A stretch of 62,785 bases of DNA, counting the filler, from Dugesia japonica (Eukaryota): assembly GCA_001938525.1 (NCBI GenBank). It is 7 parts of 7 records of this genome, joined end to end, with 100 filler letters (N's around TTAATTAATTAA, not from the genome) between each part and the next. Parts side by side here need not be neighbours in the genome. Positions count along the whole stretch, not along the records: positions 8,574 to 17,246 come from MQRL01469196.1; positions 17,347 to 27,531 come from MQRL01631166.1; 5 more parts are not named here. One strand, given 5' to 3'. Both the position numbers and the translations under genes were made by a program. Each line of letters starts with the position of its first letter. The stretch's first letter is position 1. The notes under the pieces were generated by a model. It saw only the letters and a list, made by a program, of their open reading frames with translations. It had not been told where the DNA came from and did not search any database. Below, in pieces: positions 13,333 to 26,780 of this stretch.

Positions 13333-13512
13333 CTAAAACATTCATTTCACTAAATCTCTCATCACTTTGTTTTAAAATCGTTTCAAAATCATCTTGATGA
13401 TTTCGGCATTTTAAAATATTTGATTTTAAAACATTTATGCTTTCTTCTTGCAGTAAGTGGCCCTCAATAATTTCATCTTTAATACTTTCAACAGGAATTG
13501 TTAAATGGAATT
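13333..13512 (-). CDS. Exon of an unidentified host gene
   Basis: 180-bp open phase 1-1 exon bounded by tttcAG and GTaaac. Encodes FHLTIPVESIKDEIIEGHLLQEE...SEMNVL. Confidence 0.55.
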
Positions 13513-14279
13513 CTGAAATTAATAAAGCTATTTGCAATTGAAAATTCCATGTAATAATTTGAAATTTATTTCATTTCAATAACTAATTTCTGTATAATTA
13601 TATTATTGCTGACATAAGAGTATCAAAAATGTTTGCCATATGTTTATCAACTTTAATTATAGCAAAGAAAAAAATTGTAACTCGATATTGAAAACTCAAT
13701 TATGAAAGTTATTATTACAATATTTTGAAAATGAGAAAACAGTAATTATTGCTGCATGAAAAATTTGATAAATAATTCTAACATTTTGAGTGTGACAACA
13801 CTATTAACATTAACAAATTAAATCGCCTGCATTTCATATGTGCAGATAAACAAAGTAATAATTCAAATCGTAAATCTAATTTTATGTAATAAAATTAACT
13901 TAAACAATATTCAGAAAACCTTAGAAAATACATTAAACAAGGTCGGCTTAAGTAAATAGCTGCACTAATTTTTCTATAACTTCAATAATTAAAAAATTAG
14001 ACCAACAAGTTTTTAAAGCAGCTCACAATTTAAACAAAAATAATTTTGAGAAATAATATAAATATATNNNNNNNNNNNNNNNNNNNNNNNNNNNNNNNNN
14101 NNAATTAATTGCACTTTAGGTTATTTAATATTCTATATAATTTATATTAGTTTATTCAACTACAAACAAATTTGTGACATTTAATATTTTTAGAATAGTT
14201 TCTTTCTGTTTCAACGATTCATCAAATTTCTCATCTAAATTAAGTGTTGACCAAAATAAAATTTTCATTATATTTACAT

Positions 14280-14317
14280 AATCTCTGAAGAAGACGATAC
14301 TCGAAAATTTGGAGATT
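14280..14317 (+). ncRNA. Hammerhead-like motif with intact core but weak stems, next to the 3' end of a Penelope element
   Basis: aatct-CTGAAGA-agacgatactc-GAAA-att-t-ggagatt. Stems I and II are imperfect. Confidence 0.4.
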
Positions 14318-14399
14318 TAATAAAAATTTTAAATTAACTTTTCATTTAAATAACGATTATTACCAAATAGTATGACCAACTCAAATAATATAACCATAA

Positions 14400-15420
14400 A
14401 ATATGTGCTTATTATTTGCTCCAATCTATATTCACGTTTGGATAACATAAAAATAGTATATGTGTCTGACCAAACTAATTAATTATCTAAATTTTTATTC
14501 TTTTGTCATACTATTTAAATAGTATAACTCATTATTACATCACATATAAAAAATATTAACATTTAAATTAATTCCATTATTATATTATTTGAAATATATG
14601 CGTTTTGACTCAGGCGCAGATGCCGGGAAGTCTCTCCAATGTACGTAGAGTTACATTACATCCAAATTGATAAACTAGATCAGAACACAAGCCTGAAGGG
14701 GTTATAGATTTATTATTTAACATATTTACAACTTTATGATATTGAAATACAACTTTCATATTTGAAATATCCTTAAGATCATTTTCAATTAAAAGTTTAA
14801 ATTTTTTAAAGCCTTCGAAATAAGATATTTGTTTCTACAACATCAAACACATCAGAACGAAACAAATCACTATTCAGCCTATTCAAAGTTTCATAGACTA
14901 ACTTGTCTGTAAATAATTTAGAATATCTATATCTTTGAAGAAATCCAATTAATTTATTTAGACTAGAAGAGAGATAGAAGAGAGAAACCAAGAAAAATGA
15001 ATTAGTCCTTTAATTATATTACTTTCATTACAAAAATTAGGAGGATTTGTAAACATATCGGTATCAGTTTTCCTTCAATAGATTTGTTTCCAAGGAGGTA
15101 TTCTTTCTCTCAATAAGCATAACAATAAACAGAATAGTTTTAAAGAATAGCTTTAATCGTAAAGCCTATCAGCTATACTCCCAAAATGGAAGTACTTTGG
15201 AACTATTTTCAAAAACAAAGAAATATCATCAACATAACGTATATAAACCAAAAGATTAACAGACGATTAATCTTGCTCTTTAGTTTAGGTAGGAAAGTTG
15301 AATCCAATATTGGAGCTAATATGGATTCAATCGTCACACCATACCATCCATCATTAAAAATCAATTGAACATTTGATTTCATTAAATGATTAGCTTCGAT
15401 CACAATGATGATTTATTTCT
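14400..15420 (-). mobile_element. Penelope-like retroelement (RT and GIY-YIG endonuclease), decayed
   Basis: GVTIESILAPILDSTFL (GxxMGSPLxP-like), IRYVDDI at about 15223-15243, KETDTDMF...NIIKGLIH, and LVYQFGC/CNSTYIGETSRHL at about 14610-14690. Confidence 0.85.
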
Positions 15421-15427
15421 TTTCGGT

Positions 15428-15471
15428 AGTTATTCGAATTTTCGACAATTGTCTTCTTCAGGAATTTAACT
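15428..15471 (-). ncRNA. Minimal type I hammerhead ribozyme in a Penelope pseudo-LTR
   Basis: AGUU-AA-AUUC CUGAAGA A-GAC-AAUU-GUC GAAA AUU C|GAAU-AACU: complete core, stem II, bulged stem I, and a palindromic AAUU mini stem III. Confidence 0.75.
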
Positions 15472-16170
15472 TTTTTATTGAATTGGCCAATATTAGAAAA
15501 TTTTAATTTAATTTAAGTTATTATAATTATTATAAACTACATTTAATTTAATTTTAATTTAATTATTTTAAATTTATTTTAATTATTATAAATTATTTTG
15601 ATTTTAGGTTTATCGTCTTTGATCAATATTTTTTCGTGTTTCTTCCTATGAAGTGCAAAATGGTAACCTGTTTCTAATGTTTTCTATGTTATATGTTTTT
15701 CTGATGAAATTTTGTGTTTGTTTTGAAAGTGTTTGGAGGCTTCATTTTCTTTCTGTTTAAGATGTTTTTCTTAATTCTTGTTCGGATAGTTCTGCATATT
15801 TCTCCTATACATGTATCCTTACATAGGGTGCATGTTATTTCATAAATGCTATTTTTTATTTCATATATTTCTACCATCACAAAAACATTTGGGCCCACAA
15901 AAGTTTGATGTTGGTTTCTGTAATTGGTTGCCCAAATGTGATTGTGTTTTGATTATTATTATATTTTGCATGATTTGGCTACATTTCTCATTGATAAACG
16001 GTAATTTAATTTTTTTTTTTCGATTTTATTAAATTTTGTATTCGAGGATAAATATTTAGATAACTTTATTTGAATAGCTAATATTTAGGAATTTATTTTT
16101 TATCAATCTAGGGGAGTCAATTTCATTTCTTTATTTGAAGATAGTTTCTCAGCTCTAATTCTTTCACCCT
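15428..16170 (-). mobile_element. Penelope-like element 3' part (RT thumb, GIY-YIG, pseudo-LTR)
   Basis: KGERIRAEKLSS and IYEITCTLCKDTCIGEICRTIRTRIK. Homologous to 59513-60055. Confidence 0.8.
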
Positions 16171-17246
16171 TGATTATTCTAATTTTCTGTCTGGTGATAG
16201 CATTACTACTCCAGGGTAATATATGTCCACTGCGAAACGGTTTCATATATAATAATATTATCCAATTATACATGAAACCATTTCACAACATTATACAGTT
16301 AATCATCAATAAAATTAATTTCCATGAAAATTTTCAGAATCATGTTATTTGTTTGAAAAGAAAGCGATATCAAAATAATAAAGGACAAAGCTATAATTAA
16401 ACGTGACAGAAAATAAAACCATGTAATATACATTTGTTGATCTAAAATTGAACAATGTTGATAAATATTTAAGTATCAATGTTCAAGAAATTTTGTTTGC
16501 AAATAACTGATAAAGAATTAATTGAAATTTACAATTAATCATATATAAACTGAATTATTTTCATAAAAAGAAAATTATTTTGAATTTAATTTCATCCAAA
16601 CTAATTCAATTAAATTTCTCTTAATAATTACTTTTGAACCAAACTTAACTAATAAATAATCAAGCATTTTTATATTGCAATCATTTTAAAGAAATTAAAT
16701 ATTAAAAAATATTTATTTTAATTTTAAATGCTTTAAGATACTTTATTGATATCAAAAAAATAACTTAGAAAATTTTTCAATATTAAATTACAACGGATTT
16801 GGAATAGCAGTTCGTCTGAAATCAATATGAAAATTTGAATTAATTTTTTGTTACACTTGAAATAAAATATTTATTTGACAGGCGGATGATATTTGATAAT
16901 AGAGCCAAAAGTATTTATATATCAAAAGATATTCTCCTGAATTTAACTGAATTAAGTTTTCGACAATTTTATGATAAAACTTTTTGTTTTGATTTACTGT
17001 GTATATATTTATGTCAGTAATGTCACTGATGTTTCAAATAAATAATATATACAATAGAACCCCCGAAACGGAGCACATTCTTATGTGAACCATTTTTTGT
17101 AATGCCCTTTAAAGTTAAACATAGGGCAAAAATTTAAGGAATTATTCCTTGGATGTTTATACATATAAATATATCATTATATATTTTCAAAATGATTTCG
17201 TTTCAAAAATACATGCCTGTAAAGATTTTAAAAACACGAATATTTT

Positions 17247-17346
17247 NNNNNNNNNNNNNNNNNNNNNNNNNNNNNNNNNNNNNNNNNNNNTTAATTAATT
17301 AANNNNNNNNNNNNNNNNNNNNNNNNNNNNNNNNNNNNNNNNNNNN
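17247..17346. other. Artificial 100-bp contig linker
   Basis: N44-TTAATTAATTAA-N44. Confidence 0.95.
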
Positions 17347-18109
17347 AATATACTACGTTGTGGTATTTTAAAATATGTTACGTTGCGGTATTTTAAAAAA
17401 TTTTGATACACACTTACAAAAGGGATAGAAAAATTTAATACACATACACAAATAGTTTCATGGGGATAGAAAATATATGATACACACATACAAAGGGAAT
17501 AGAAAAATGAATTTAACAGTGAACATTATAAAGTGGTTACTTTTTAAAATTTTTCACAATTTTATTTAAACTATTTTTAAAAGCGACCTTTTTTTATATG
17601 TAAGTTTGTTATTTTTTGTATCTCTTTTGTATATATATTTTCTAGATTATGAACAATAATAAAAGCATATTGAGATCATTGTAGAGCGAATTAAATATAA
17701 ACTATTTTCATTATTATTATTATTATTATTATTTATTAATTTTTTTCTGGTTATGAACAATATAAACGATAATAAAATTGTGAATTTGACAAGTTTAATG
17801 ATGGATAATGTAAATTTATTATTTTTTTTATAAATGTGTATCAATTTTATTGTAGAATTATAATAATTCAAATCAAGGATGGAAGAGTTATCAAGAGAAA
17901 GAGCTTTATTAAAGTAGATTTATTATCAACACTTGATATTTGTTTAAATTATTTATTTTAGAATTATGATGCTTCTGTTGTTGCTGCTCTTGTTGCTGCT
18001 CCTTTTTATGATAAAAATTAGTTTTATTTATTTTATAATTTTTTTATGTTAATTTTTAAATGAAATTTTAATAATTTTATAAAATGTAATAAGCTTAATT
18101 TTTCCCGAA

Positions 18110-18700
18110 TGTTGTACAATGTACAAACATTATTGGGCAAATTAGACTCATAAAGGCGACTGCCATAGTACTTTGGAGAGAAACTATGCGCAATCCTTTT
18201 ATGAGGAAAAGTATTACATATGTCCATCATGTATGTCTATAGGAATAGGTGAATATTTTGACTTTTATAGCTTGCATGTAGAACACTTTAGGCAGTTTGC
18301 AATAAATAAGAAACAATTATTAAGGATGATATTAGATAAAGAGATGGATGGTCTACTAACGAAAAAGCGAAAAGAAGATGTTATCTCAGAAGGAAAAATG
18401 AAGGTGGAGTCTCAGATAATTGAATATGATTGGTCCAATTTTAAATCATAGATGAAATGGATGAAGAAAATATTGTCATGCAAAATTTTATGGATGAAGA
18501 AGAAGCACAAGTTGGTGGCTCACTCAATGAAGATGTGATAATAGAAAGTGACTTATATAAATGCCACCTGATATTAAAAATGTATGTTTCAAGTTGGAAT
18601 ATGAGAAAATTATTTTACCAAACTCCTTGATTGAGCAGTTATTAAAAATTATTGAAGAATTAAAAAATGTCAAGATCTAATTCGGGATAAATGTTGAATT
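18110..18700 (+). pseudogene. Probable N-terminal region of a Polinton pPolB polyprotein (Cys/His finger-like, acidic stretch, QVGG)
   Basis: YYICPSC...DFYSLHVEH and EEEAQVGGSLNEDVIIESDLYK. Lies upstream and co-directional with the PolB remnant. Paralog at 31386-32030. Confidence 0.55.
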
Positions 18701-19719
18701 GAAATGTTTTGACTGAGAAATCTTTTAAAACAAGTCAAACTTTTCTCATGCGCCACTACACTTGTAGCGAGAACCAAACATGTTTTGAGAAAAGTAAAAT
18801 TATATTCTTATGCAAAATTTAATTACAAGTTCATATATTCCAAATTTGAAGTCATACCATAATAATTCGCTGAAAAATTAAATTCCGAAAATTCAAAATT
18901 TTGAACTACCGACCCAAAATTTGACAAACCAAAATCGAAAAACTTTTCATGTATTTTTATTGGCCAATCAAATTGCTCTAATTTTCAGCAGTTTTTTCAG
19001 CACAGGTTTTCAGCACAATATAGTTAGATGATTACGCAACTGTGCCAGTGCGCCCATATCTATCTACTGACTAGCAGAAATAACGAAATGGCAAGAGGAA
19101 CGGGAAATCGGTTACGTTACTTATCAAAACGACCGGGCTTGTGAAACATCAACAACATCAAATCCAAACTATGAGAATGACTCAGCTGGAGGCAGAAGAA
19201 TATACAAACCTATCGGAGAGATTGTCCACAAAAGCCGAGACAGTATTGCAGCAGATCCTTTCTCCTTTGGACAAAGTTACTGACATCAAAGAAACTATCT
19301 TGTAAATTGAATTCCCTTTAACAACAATATAATATTGTTAACAACAATATAAATTTTTTTCTACTTGTCTCTTTTCCTGATTTACATGTAAACTGGTAAT
19401 ATAGCATTTAATGATAAATTAATCTGATGATGATGAAAGATAATAGTCAAAATCATTAGTTATTATTTGATGAACTTTATTAATATACAATTGTTCTAAA
19501 AATAATCATAAAACAAACCTGACATTTTTCATTTTTAAGTGTCGAATGCAAGAAAAATCACTGTGGAAACGTCTATGACCTTTCTACGCAAGTCGTGGAG
19601 CTCGTTACACAAGAAACTTCAAAAATAAAAATAAGCTCCATTGCAAGAACACCATACTCATACAGAAGAATACTTAGCAAAATAAACGAGATCTTGGTCT
19701 CTCACATTATGGAATTATG

Positions 19720-21587
19720 GCCGACATCAATAAAGTATATGACGATAGTACTGTTCCAGTGAGCGATTGTTTTTCGAAGATGGAATAAAACAGTTAAATG
19801 AGAAGATAACTACAAGAAGCGAGCTCGGATCTAGTTGGATACTGAGTCGCATATTGGAAATAAATTTTAAAATCTCAAAGGTATTAGAGATTAGGCGATT
19901 ATCTGTACATGGCTACATTCCAACACAAAAAAAACTTGGAAAAGAAAAAAGCAAATGTCAATGTATAAAAAAATGACAATTTATATTTAATATACAGTAT
20001 CCTAGCAATTCTTAAACAAGAGAAAGTTAATAAAACTCATAGTTATCGTGCGGCACCATATAAAAAATACATGTTTGATCTTGTATTTGATGGAGGGGAA
20101 ATGCCAATGAAGCTCGCAAACATATCGAAATTTGAGAATCAAAATCCGAGCTAATCAATTAATGTTTTCTCATGGAATCCTCAATCAGTGGAGGACGATG
20201 ATGATGTTATCATGAAACCTCTGAATTTAGATATTATACATCGGTCTAAATGTGATGGAGAAAAAATCAATTTATTGTTTTTGGAAGATGCCAACAAATT
20301 TCATTACACTGATGTAATGAATTTGAATAGATTGATGAACAGAGATATTAAAAAAGGTGGTGTTCGAATTCAATCAATCTGGTCCAAAGATTATCTCAAC
20401 GGATTCTGGGATAATATGACTTACAAGACTCATGAGCCAATTTGAGAGAAGATACAGAAGGGCACCGCATTATACAACATGACGACAGAAAGAATTTTGG
20501 AGTTTCAAGATTACTCCAAAACTATAACTCCACCCTTTGTTATATATGCTGATATATTGATTGAATCAGTAATACCAAGCGATGAAAAGCATTTCTAGAA
20601 ACATTTACCTGTTTTATCTGGAATGTTGTTGGTAAATAATTTTACCAACAAAGTCAAATACAGTCAGTATATTGGAAATGAATGCGTATATAAATTCCTA
20701 AAGGCAGTGGAGGAAATTGGTAATAACATAGTATGCCCATATTATGTAAAAGAAGGAACAAAGAAACGGATTATAAATCCGGACCAAGAAATAGAATTTA
20801 AAAATAGTACAATATGTCATTTGTGTAAAAACCATTTAAGTAATCTAGTTCGGGATCATGACCATTTTAAAAGCAAATATATAGAAGCTGTCGGTAATAA
20901 ATGCAATTTAAGCAGAAGAATCAACTACCATTTACCAGTAATCTTCCATAATTTGAGAGGATTTAATCTTCACCACATATTAAAGTTTAGGTTAAATAAA
21001 TTTCAGAATTGGACCATATCGTGTATACCAACTACATCAGAAATATTCCTATGCCTCATTGAACATATGAAAGAAATTACCATCAGATTTATTGACTCGT
21101 ACCAATTTATAAACTCTTCATTGGATGTAGCAATCAAATCCTTAAAAGAGACACCTTTGACAACAAATAAATTTAGAGATAACAGAATAACAATGTCAAA
21201 GGATATATTTTCTTATAATTATGCAACCAGTTTGGAAGTTCTGGTTGAAACAACAACAATGCCACCAAGATGGGAGGGAGTTAGTGAGCAAGATTATCAA
21301 AAAGCATTATAAATGTGGACTATAACAGGATGCAACAATCTCTTGGGTATATGCTAGTATATTTGAACATAAAATTGGAAAAACTAACCCGATTAATGGT
21401 GAAAGACCAGCTATTGGAAACATCCAATTACTGCTCAAACCATACCCTTTACAGCAACAATTTAAATTCAGTAATTGGAAAGTTTAAGGATGAAAGTAAA
21501 GGGAAGAAATATCAAGAATGGATATTTTTGAGACCAAATAGTTATAGCTTACTTAGTGAGAAAGAATCAATGAAGCTAAGGGCATAA
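19720..21587 (+). pseudogene. Polinton/Maverick (adintovirus) protein-primed DNA polymerase B with endonuclease VII-like motif
   Basis: GSSWILSRIL...GYIP; INLLFLED...HY; PFVIYAD; CHLC...VRDHDH...CNL...LPVIFHNLRGF; IRFIDSYQF; TSNY..NHTLYS....VIGKFKDE...FLRPNSYS. Frameshifted, with an internal deletion. Confidence 0.9.
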
Positions 21588-23949
21588 CATTAAAAGGTAC
21601 TGACATTTGTCATCAGCACTAGTAATTCTAATTCGAGTAACGAGAGTAATAATCGCATAAAGAAATTGGTAAGAATACATTTAAATGATAATAATACTGT
21701 GGGTACTCCCATCAACGCCAATACTTTTTTAATCTTGACTGTTTTGATGTTAATAATATGAATGGTCCTAATTTTCATGGTGAATTTATTGGTGGCAGTT
21801 TGGGTAATAACAGAAATTTTCTAATAACAATATTAATAAATGAGAATAATAAAAGAAAATTTGTTAAAACAACAAAAACATTCTCATGAATAATGAATAT
21901 ATTTAACGTAATCTTGCTATTATTATTTATTATTATTAATATTTAGTCATTACACTGATAAAGATGTTACGGCTTAGTTGGATTGCCATGACATTATTCC
22001 TAGTTATTTGTTAGTAGCGCTCTGACTAACGAGTGTGATGTTATTATTAGTCACTTCCACTGCCAGTCAAACATGCCAACTCTAATGGATATTTCGCACA
22101 ACAGATATGCGTGTGAAATAATAAGTACTTGAAATCGAACCAAAATAGTGATATCTTTAACCACAGTTATGCTGAAATCAGCACCATGATTCCGTGTGCG
22201 GGTTAACGATGTATAGATATTTCATCATATGTAATTGTTTTATTTTCTCTTTTAACTATTCAGTGCATAACCTTCCTCTAATTTAGCAGTGGCTCAATTT
22301 AATGTACACCATTGCTGACTGACTCATAAGGATTATAAAGAATCGTGTATGTTGAAAAACATGAGTTAGTGTGCAATAAGTTGACTAGTAATGTGGGTAG
22401 CATTTAATGGTAGATATACCGATATTGTGAATTTCATAGTTCACGTTAATCGCGGTAACACACATGTCACCAGACTTATCAATCAACATACTGTCTCTGA
22501 AAAAAAACTTTGTGAACATCGATTACTGGAGCGACAAATCTAATTGAAAGAAATGCAGCAACAATACGCAGCAAGTAGACACTTTCTTTAAATTTATTGT
22601 AACTGAACTTTCACGCATCACTCGATCACAAATAGAAATATATCTCATGATATCCGTTCATGTCGCCTAATTATTTAATCAATAGACAATTAATAACATC
22701 AATTCTCATAAAGAAGTATCTATAAAATAATACTGAAAATAGAATAAATATTTATTACATTTAAATCATTATAATATATTGACATAAATATCCATTAATA
22801 AACAACACTACTTACTAGTAGTTGATAAGATTTTTGCAACGAGTATGAATACGAAACGAATCGGTTCCAGGTAATTTCGATTAATATTACTGCGACTCAA
22901 TTAGATTTTTTCCGTTTTGTGGGCGATAGTTTTATTCTACAACTTTTGTAAAGTAAAATTGAAAATCAATTTATAGAGATTTCTGGCTTACACTTGAATT
23001 CGTGATAGTAAAGTTGCTGAGAGTTTCTTCAATAGTTTTAAAGATTACGTAGTTGTAATAGTTACAATTCTCACAAAATTCTTTATATCCGTCTAAATTT
23101 TGGGGCGTTTAAATACCATTTTCTGATGCAACTTTGAATCATTGTCATTGGTTGCTATTTCTAATTCAAATTTCTTACTTTCCATTGGTTCTGGTGTTGA
23201 TTTTTCAGATTTTTCATGGATTTCTTGAAATTTTATTGGCCTCTATTTTTAAATCAACATGTGATGCTCGGGTCTTTGTTTCATTTTCTTTTCTTAACAC
23301 GTTATTGACCCAATCTTTGACCCCTTGCAGAACCTTTCCTGATGGTGATACGATTTTCAGGTTGCGAAATTTTATTGCACAGGTACTTTTCCTTTTCAGT
23401 TTTTCTTATTAACAGCTTCTGCAATTTTCCTGAGCAAAGTTATTCGTACAAAACGGATTTTTGACTAACTTTACTTCATATTTTTTCAAAATTAATTAAT
23501 ATTTTTCTGGTAATTAATTATTTTCCCATAATAATTTTCTTATCTTTTATTATTAATTCAATAATTTCTTTTAATTCTTAACATTGATGCGTTCGCCCAA
23601 GTTCTTCATATCAATCTTCACTTTTATTTTATTCTTTTTTAATGGTTATTTTTATTATATTCTATCCATGATCTTAATTGCTTTTCCTTTCGAATTCCTT
23701 TATTGATAATTATAATAGCCCTGCCGTTCTTCTTTACTGATTTGAGCCTTTGGCCCCATTTTCTTCTTTAACTGGGTNNNNNNNNNNNNNNNNNNNNNNN
23801 NNNNNNNNNNNNNNNNNNNNNNNNNNNNNNNNNNNNNNNNNNNNNNNNNNNNNNNNNNNNNNNNNNNNNNNNNNNNNNNNNNNNNNNNNNNNNNNNNNNN
23901 NNNNNNNNNNNNNNNNNNNNNNNNNNNNNNNNNNNNNNNNNNNNNNNNN

Positions 23950-24012
<63 letters not shown>
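23950..24012. repeat. (TTA)n microsatellite; similar tracts at 31134-31320, 35746-35815, 41876-41926, 42318-42358
   Basis: Directly visible trinucleotide runs, often abutting N gaps. Confidence 0.95.
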
Positions 24013-24015
<3 letters not shown>

Positions 24016-24099
24016 ATTATTCCGAAAATGAGTGGGTATACAGAGAACAAGAGGTTACAAACAGAAGATTATCATGAAGATCATAGTCCATTTTCTTAA

Positions 24100-26780
24100 A
24101 TAAGTATTTAAAACGAAATTTATTGTGTTTTATTGTTAAGTATTTTAATTTTCAAAAGTATTATTATAATAATATGTCAATAGATTATACACATATTACT
24201 TAGATAAACAATAGGTTTATTAAATATGTTACTCCTTTTATTTAAATTAGCATTAATTTCAATAGGATATATACTCGTTTTATACAAAATTTAATAAGTC
24301 TACCTAAATGTATGTTCTAATATTTTACGTATGCAATACTTTCATACAAATAGAACCTGATTTTATATACAATTAACCATCATAAATTTTATTTATAAAA
24401 TGAAATTGCAAATTTTCAAATCTTCAAAAACTTTTTTATGAAAGCTGAATTTTTAAACAAAATTTTTAAATATTTTAAAAAAATCTTGAAATCTTTTATA
24501 ACATTTTCTTCTTCAAACTTTTAATTGCAATTTTTAATCCTTACATTCCCTCGATTAAAAAATTTTTTTAAGCTTTTCAACGTTTCTTTCTAGCTCTTTT
24601 CTATTTGAATTTTGCAGACGATATCTTCTCTCATGTACCGTCTCCGTGATCTTGTATGTGACCAGTGTATCTTTCATTGTCTTTTGTTCTAGTTTCTAGT
24701 TTTATCAATACTTCGTCTCCTACTTAGAATTGTCTTTTTGTAGGTATTTCTTCATCGACTCTTTGTTATGTCTTGGGCTGTCGAACAATTGTTCTATGTA
24801 AATTCGTCTACCGAATATTAATTCTGCTGGTGATATCCCCAATGTCTTTTGCCTTGTTGCATACATCATGTATTTGATACAGTCTCTGATTGTGTGGAAT
24901 TGTCTCTCTATAATCACGTTTGTATTGTGATGGTATGGACCTGAAAAATGCACTTCTATATTCATCGATTCCATCCTATTCTTGACGTTTTTCAATTCAA
25001 ATATTTTACCACTGTCCACGTGAATTTCTCTCAGTGCTCCAAATCTCATGATACATTTTTCCATTATCACTTTTTTAATCGTCTCATCATCTTGTTTGTT
25101 GATTGCCATTAGGCTTACATATCAACTATATTGGTTTTTATCCCACATATATGTTTGCCTGTTCACAGTCTCCCGAAAAAGCTCACATATGTCCATATAA
25201 ATATTTGCAAATAGACAATTTGCGCTTAATTTTACTGTTGTCTCTTTTGATGCCACAGTATTAACTTTGTTCTTTGCACACGCTTCACATTGTCTTATCA
25301 CTTCTGTGACTGTCTTCTTCAGTTCCTCCATGTCATATTTGCTGATTATGAAGCTGATCATTTACTCTGTTCATGCATGTATTAACAATGTATGTATCTA
25401 TTTTATCATTGATATTCTTATCTCTTTTGGAATCCAAGTTTTCCCATCACTTGTTTTCACTATAATACTTTCGAATTTATACTTTGAATCCTTTTCTTCT
25501 TGAATATCTTGTTTGATTAGTTTGATTTCCTCCATTCTTTCTTGTCAGTTAGATATTTTTATCTTTATCATCTGATTTATCTGTCTTGTTTTCGTCCTCT
25601 CCATCTTTTGATCTTCATGTTGCATTTGACATTGAGTACACGTTTCGTATTTCATTCTTGAGATCATATCTGCGTTTGCGTGTTTCTCGCCTTGTCTATA
25701 TATTAGTTCCATGTCTAAGCTGCTAAATTAATTCATTCATGTCTGGAAATGAAATGTTATCGGTTTGTTTGTCTTTTTCATGTATACGATGGCTTTGTGA
25801 TCTATCCGTGTTATGAATTTTTGTTTCCATAAAAATAAGGTTTAAAGTGGTTGCAAAGTAGTAGATTGCTAGTAATTCCTTCCATGTGATACAGTAACCC
25901 TTCTCAAGTGATGTCATTGCATGTGAGCCTTAAGCAATAAGTATTTCTATGCCATCGTTATCGTTTTGTAATAGGATATTGCGTCGAAGTTGGCATCAGT
26001 ATCTAAAATAAATGTCTTCTTCATATCATGAAATCCTAGAATAGGTGCTATTATCAGTGCTTGTTTCATTTCTGCAAAAGCTTTTTCACATCCATCTGGC
26101 CATATTAGCTTGGTGCTGTGGTTTCGACATAATGATTCTAGGGCTGTTGATTTCTTTGAATAATTCTTGATGAATTTCCAGTAGTAATTGCATATTCCTA
26201 GGAAACTTCTTGGCAGCTTCGATTTACATGGGATCTGTACAAACTCCTTCTTTATCTATTGTCAGACCAAGAAATTTCACTTCTTTGAGTAATAAATGAC
26301 ATTTTTCTGAATTCGCTCACAGCCTTATTTTTTGGATCCACTCTAATACCTTACACAAAGTTATATAATGATATTTTAGTCATTCTGAGAATATCATTAT
26401 GTCATCCATATACTCCATTGCTATATCTGGACCGTGCAATGCATTTGTCATTAGTTTTGGAATGTTTCTGTGGCTTCTGCTATGCTGGATGGCATTCATG
26501 TGAAGCAATATTGATCATTTTTGTCGAAAAGGCTGTTTTCTCTTGTGAATATTTTTCTTATGGTACCTGGTAATACACGTTTTTTAAGTCTATAGTACTG
26601 AAATAATATGCCACATACAAATTGTCTAACATTTCTTCCACGTTTGTCATCGGGAAGGCCTGTCGTTCCTTAAATGCCTTTAGTTTCCTAAAGTCCAAGC
26701 AAAGTTTCACATCCTTTCTTTTTTTCTTCCAGACGCATATCAGTGGTGTGTTCCACTGCGAATTCCATTTTCTTATAATA
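24100..26780 (-). mobile_element. Gypsy LTR retrotransposon pol (RT, RNase H, integrase) with PPT and 3' LTR, decayed
   Basis: WNTPLICVWKK...LCLDFRKL, YMDDIMIF, FILDTDA, CEACAKNK, FGALREIHVDSGK...PYHHNTNVIIER. PPT-like GAGGGAA followed by TGTAAGG at 24545. Left boundary is approximate. Confidence 0.9.

Noticed and set aside
21965-22800. Possible solo LTR starting TGTTACGG
   Set aside because: No second copy, clear CA end, PBS or TSD found.
23700-24050. Poly-Ile/Leu/Tyr ORFs (also 30985-31380, 41793-42361)
   Set aside because: Translations of (TTA)n microsatellites and N runs.
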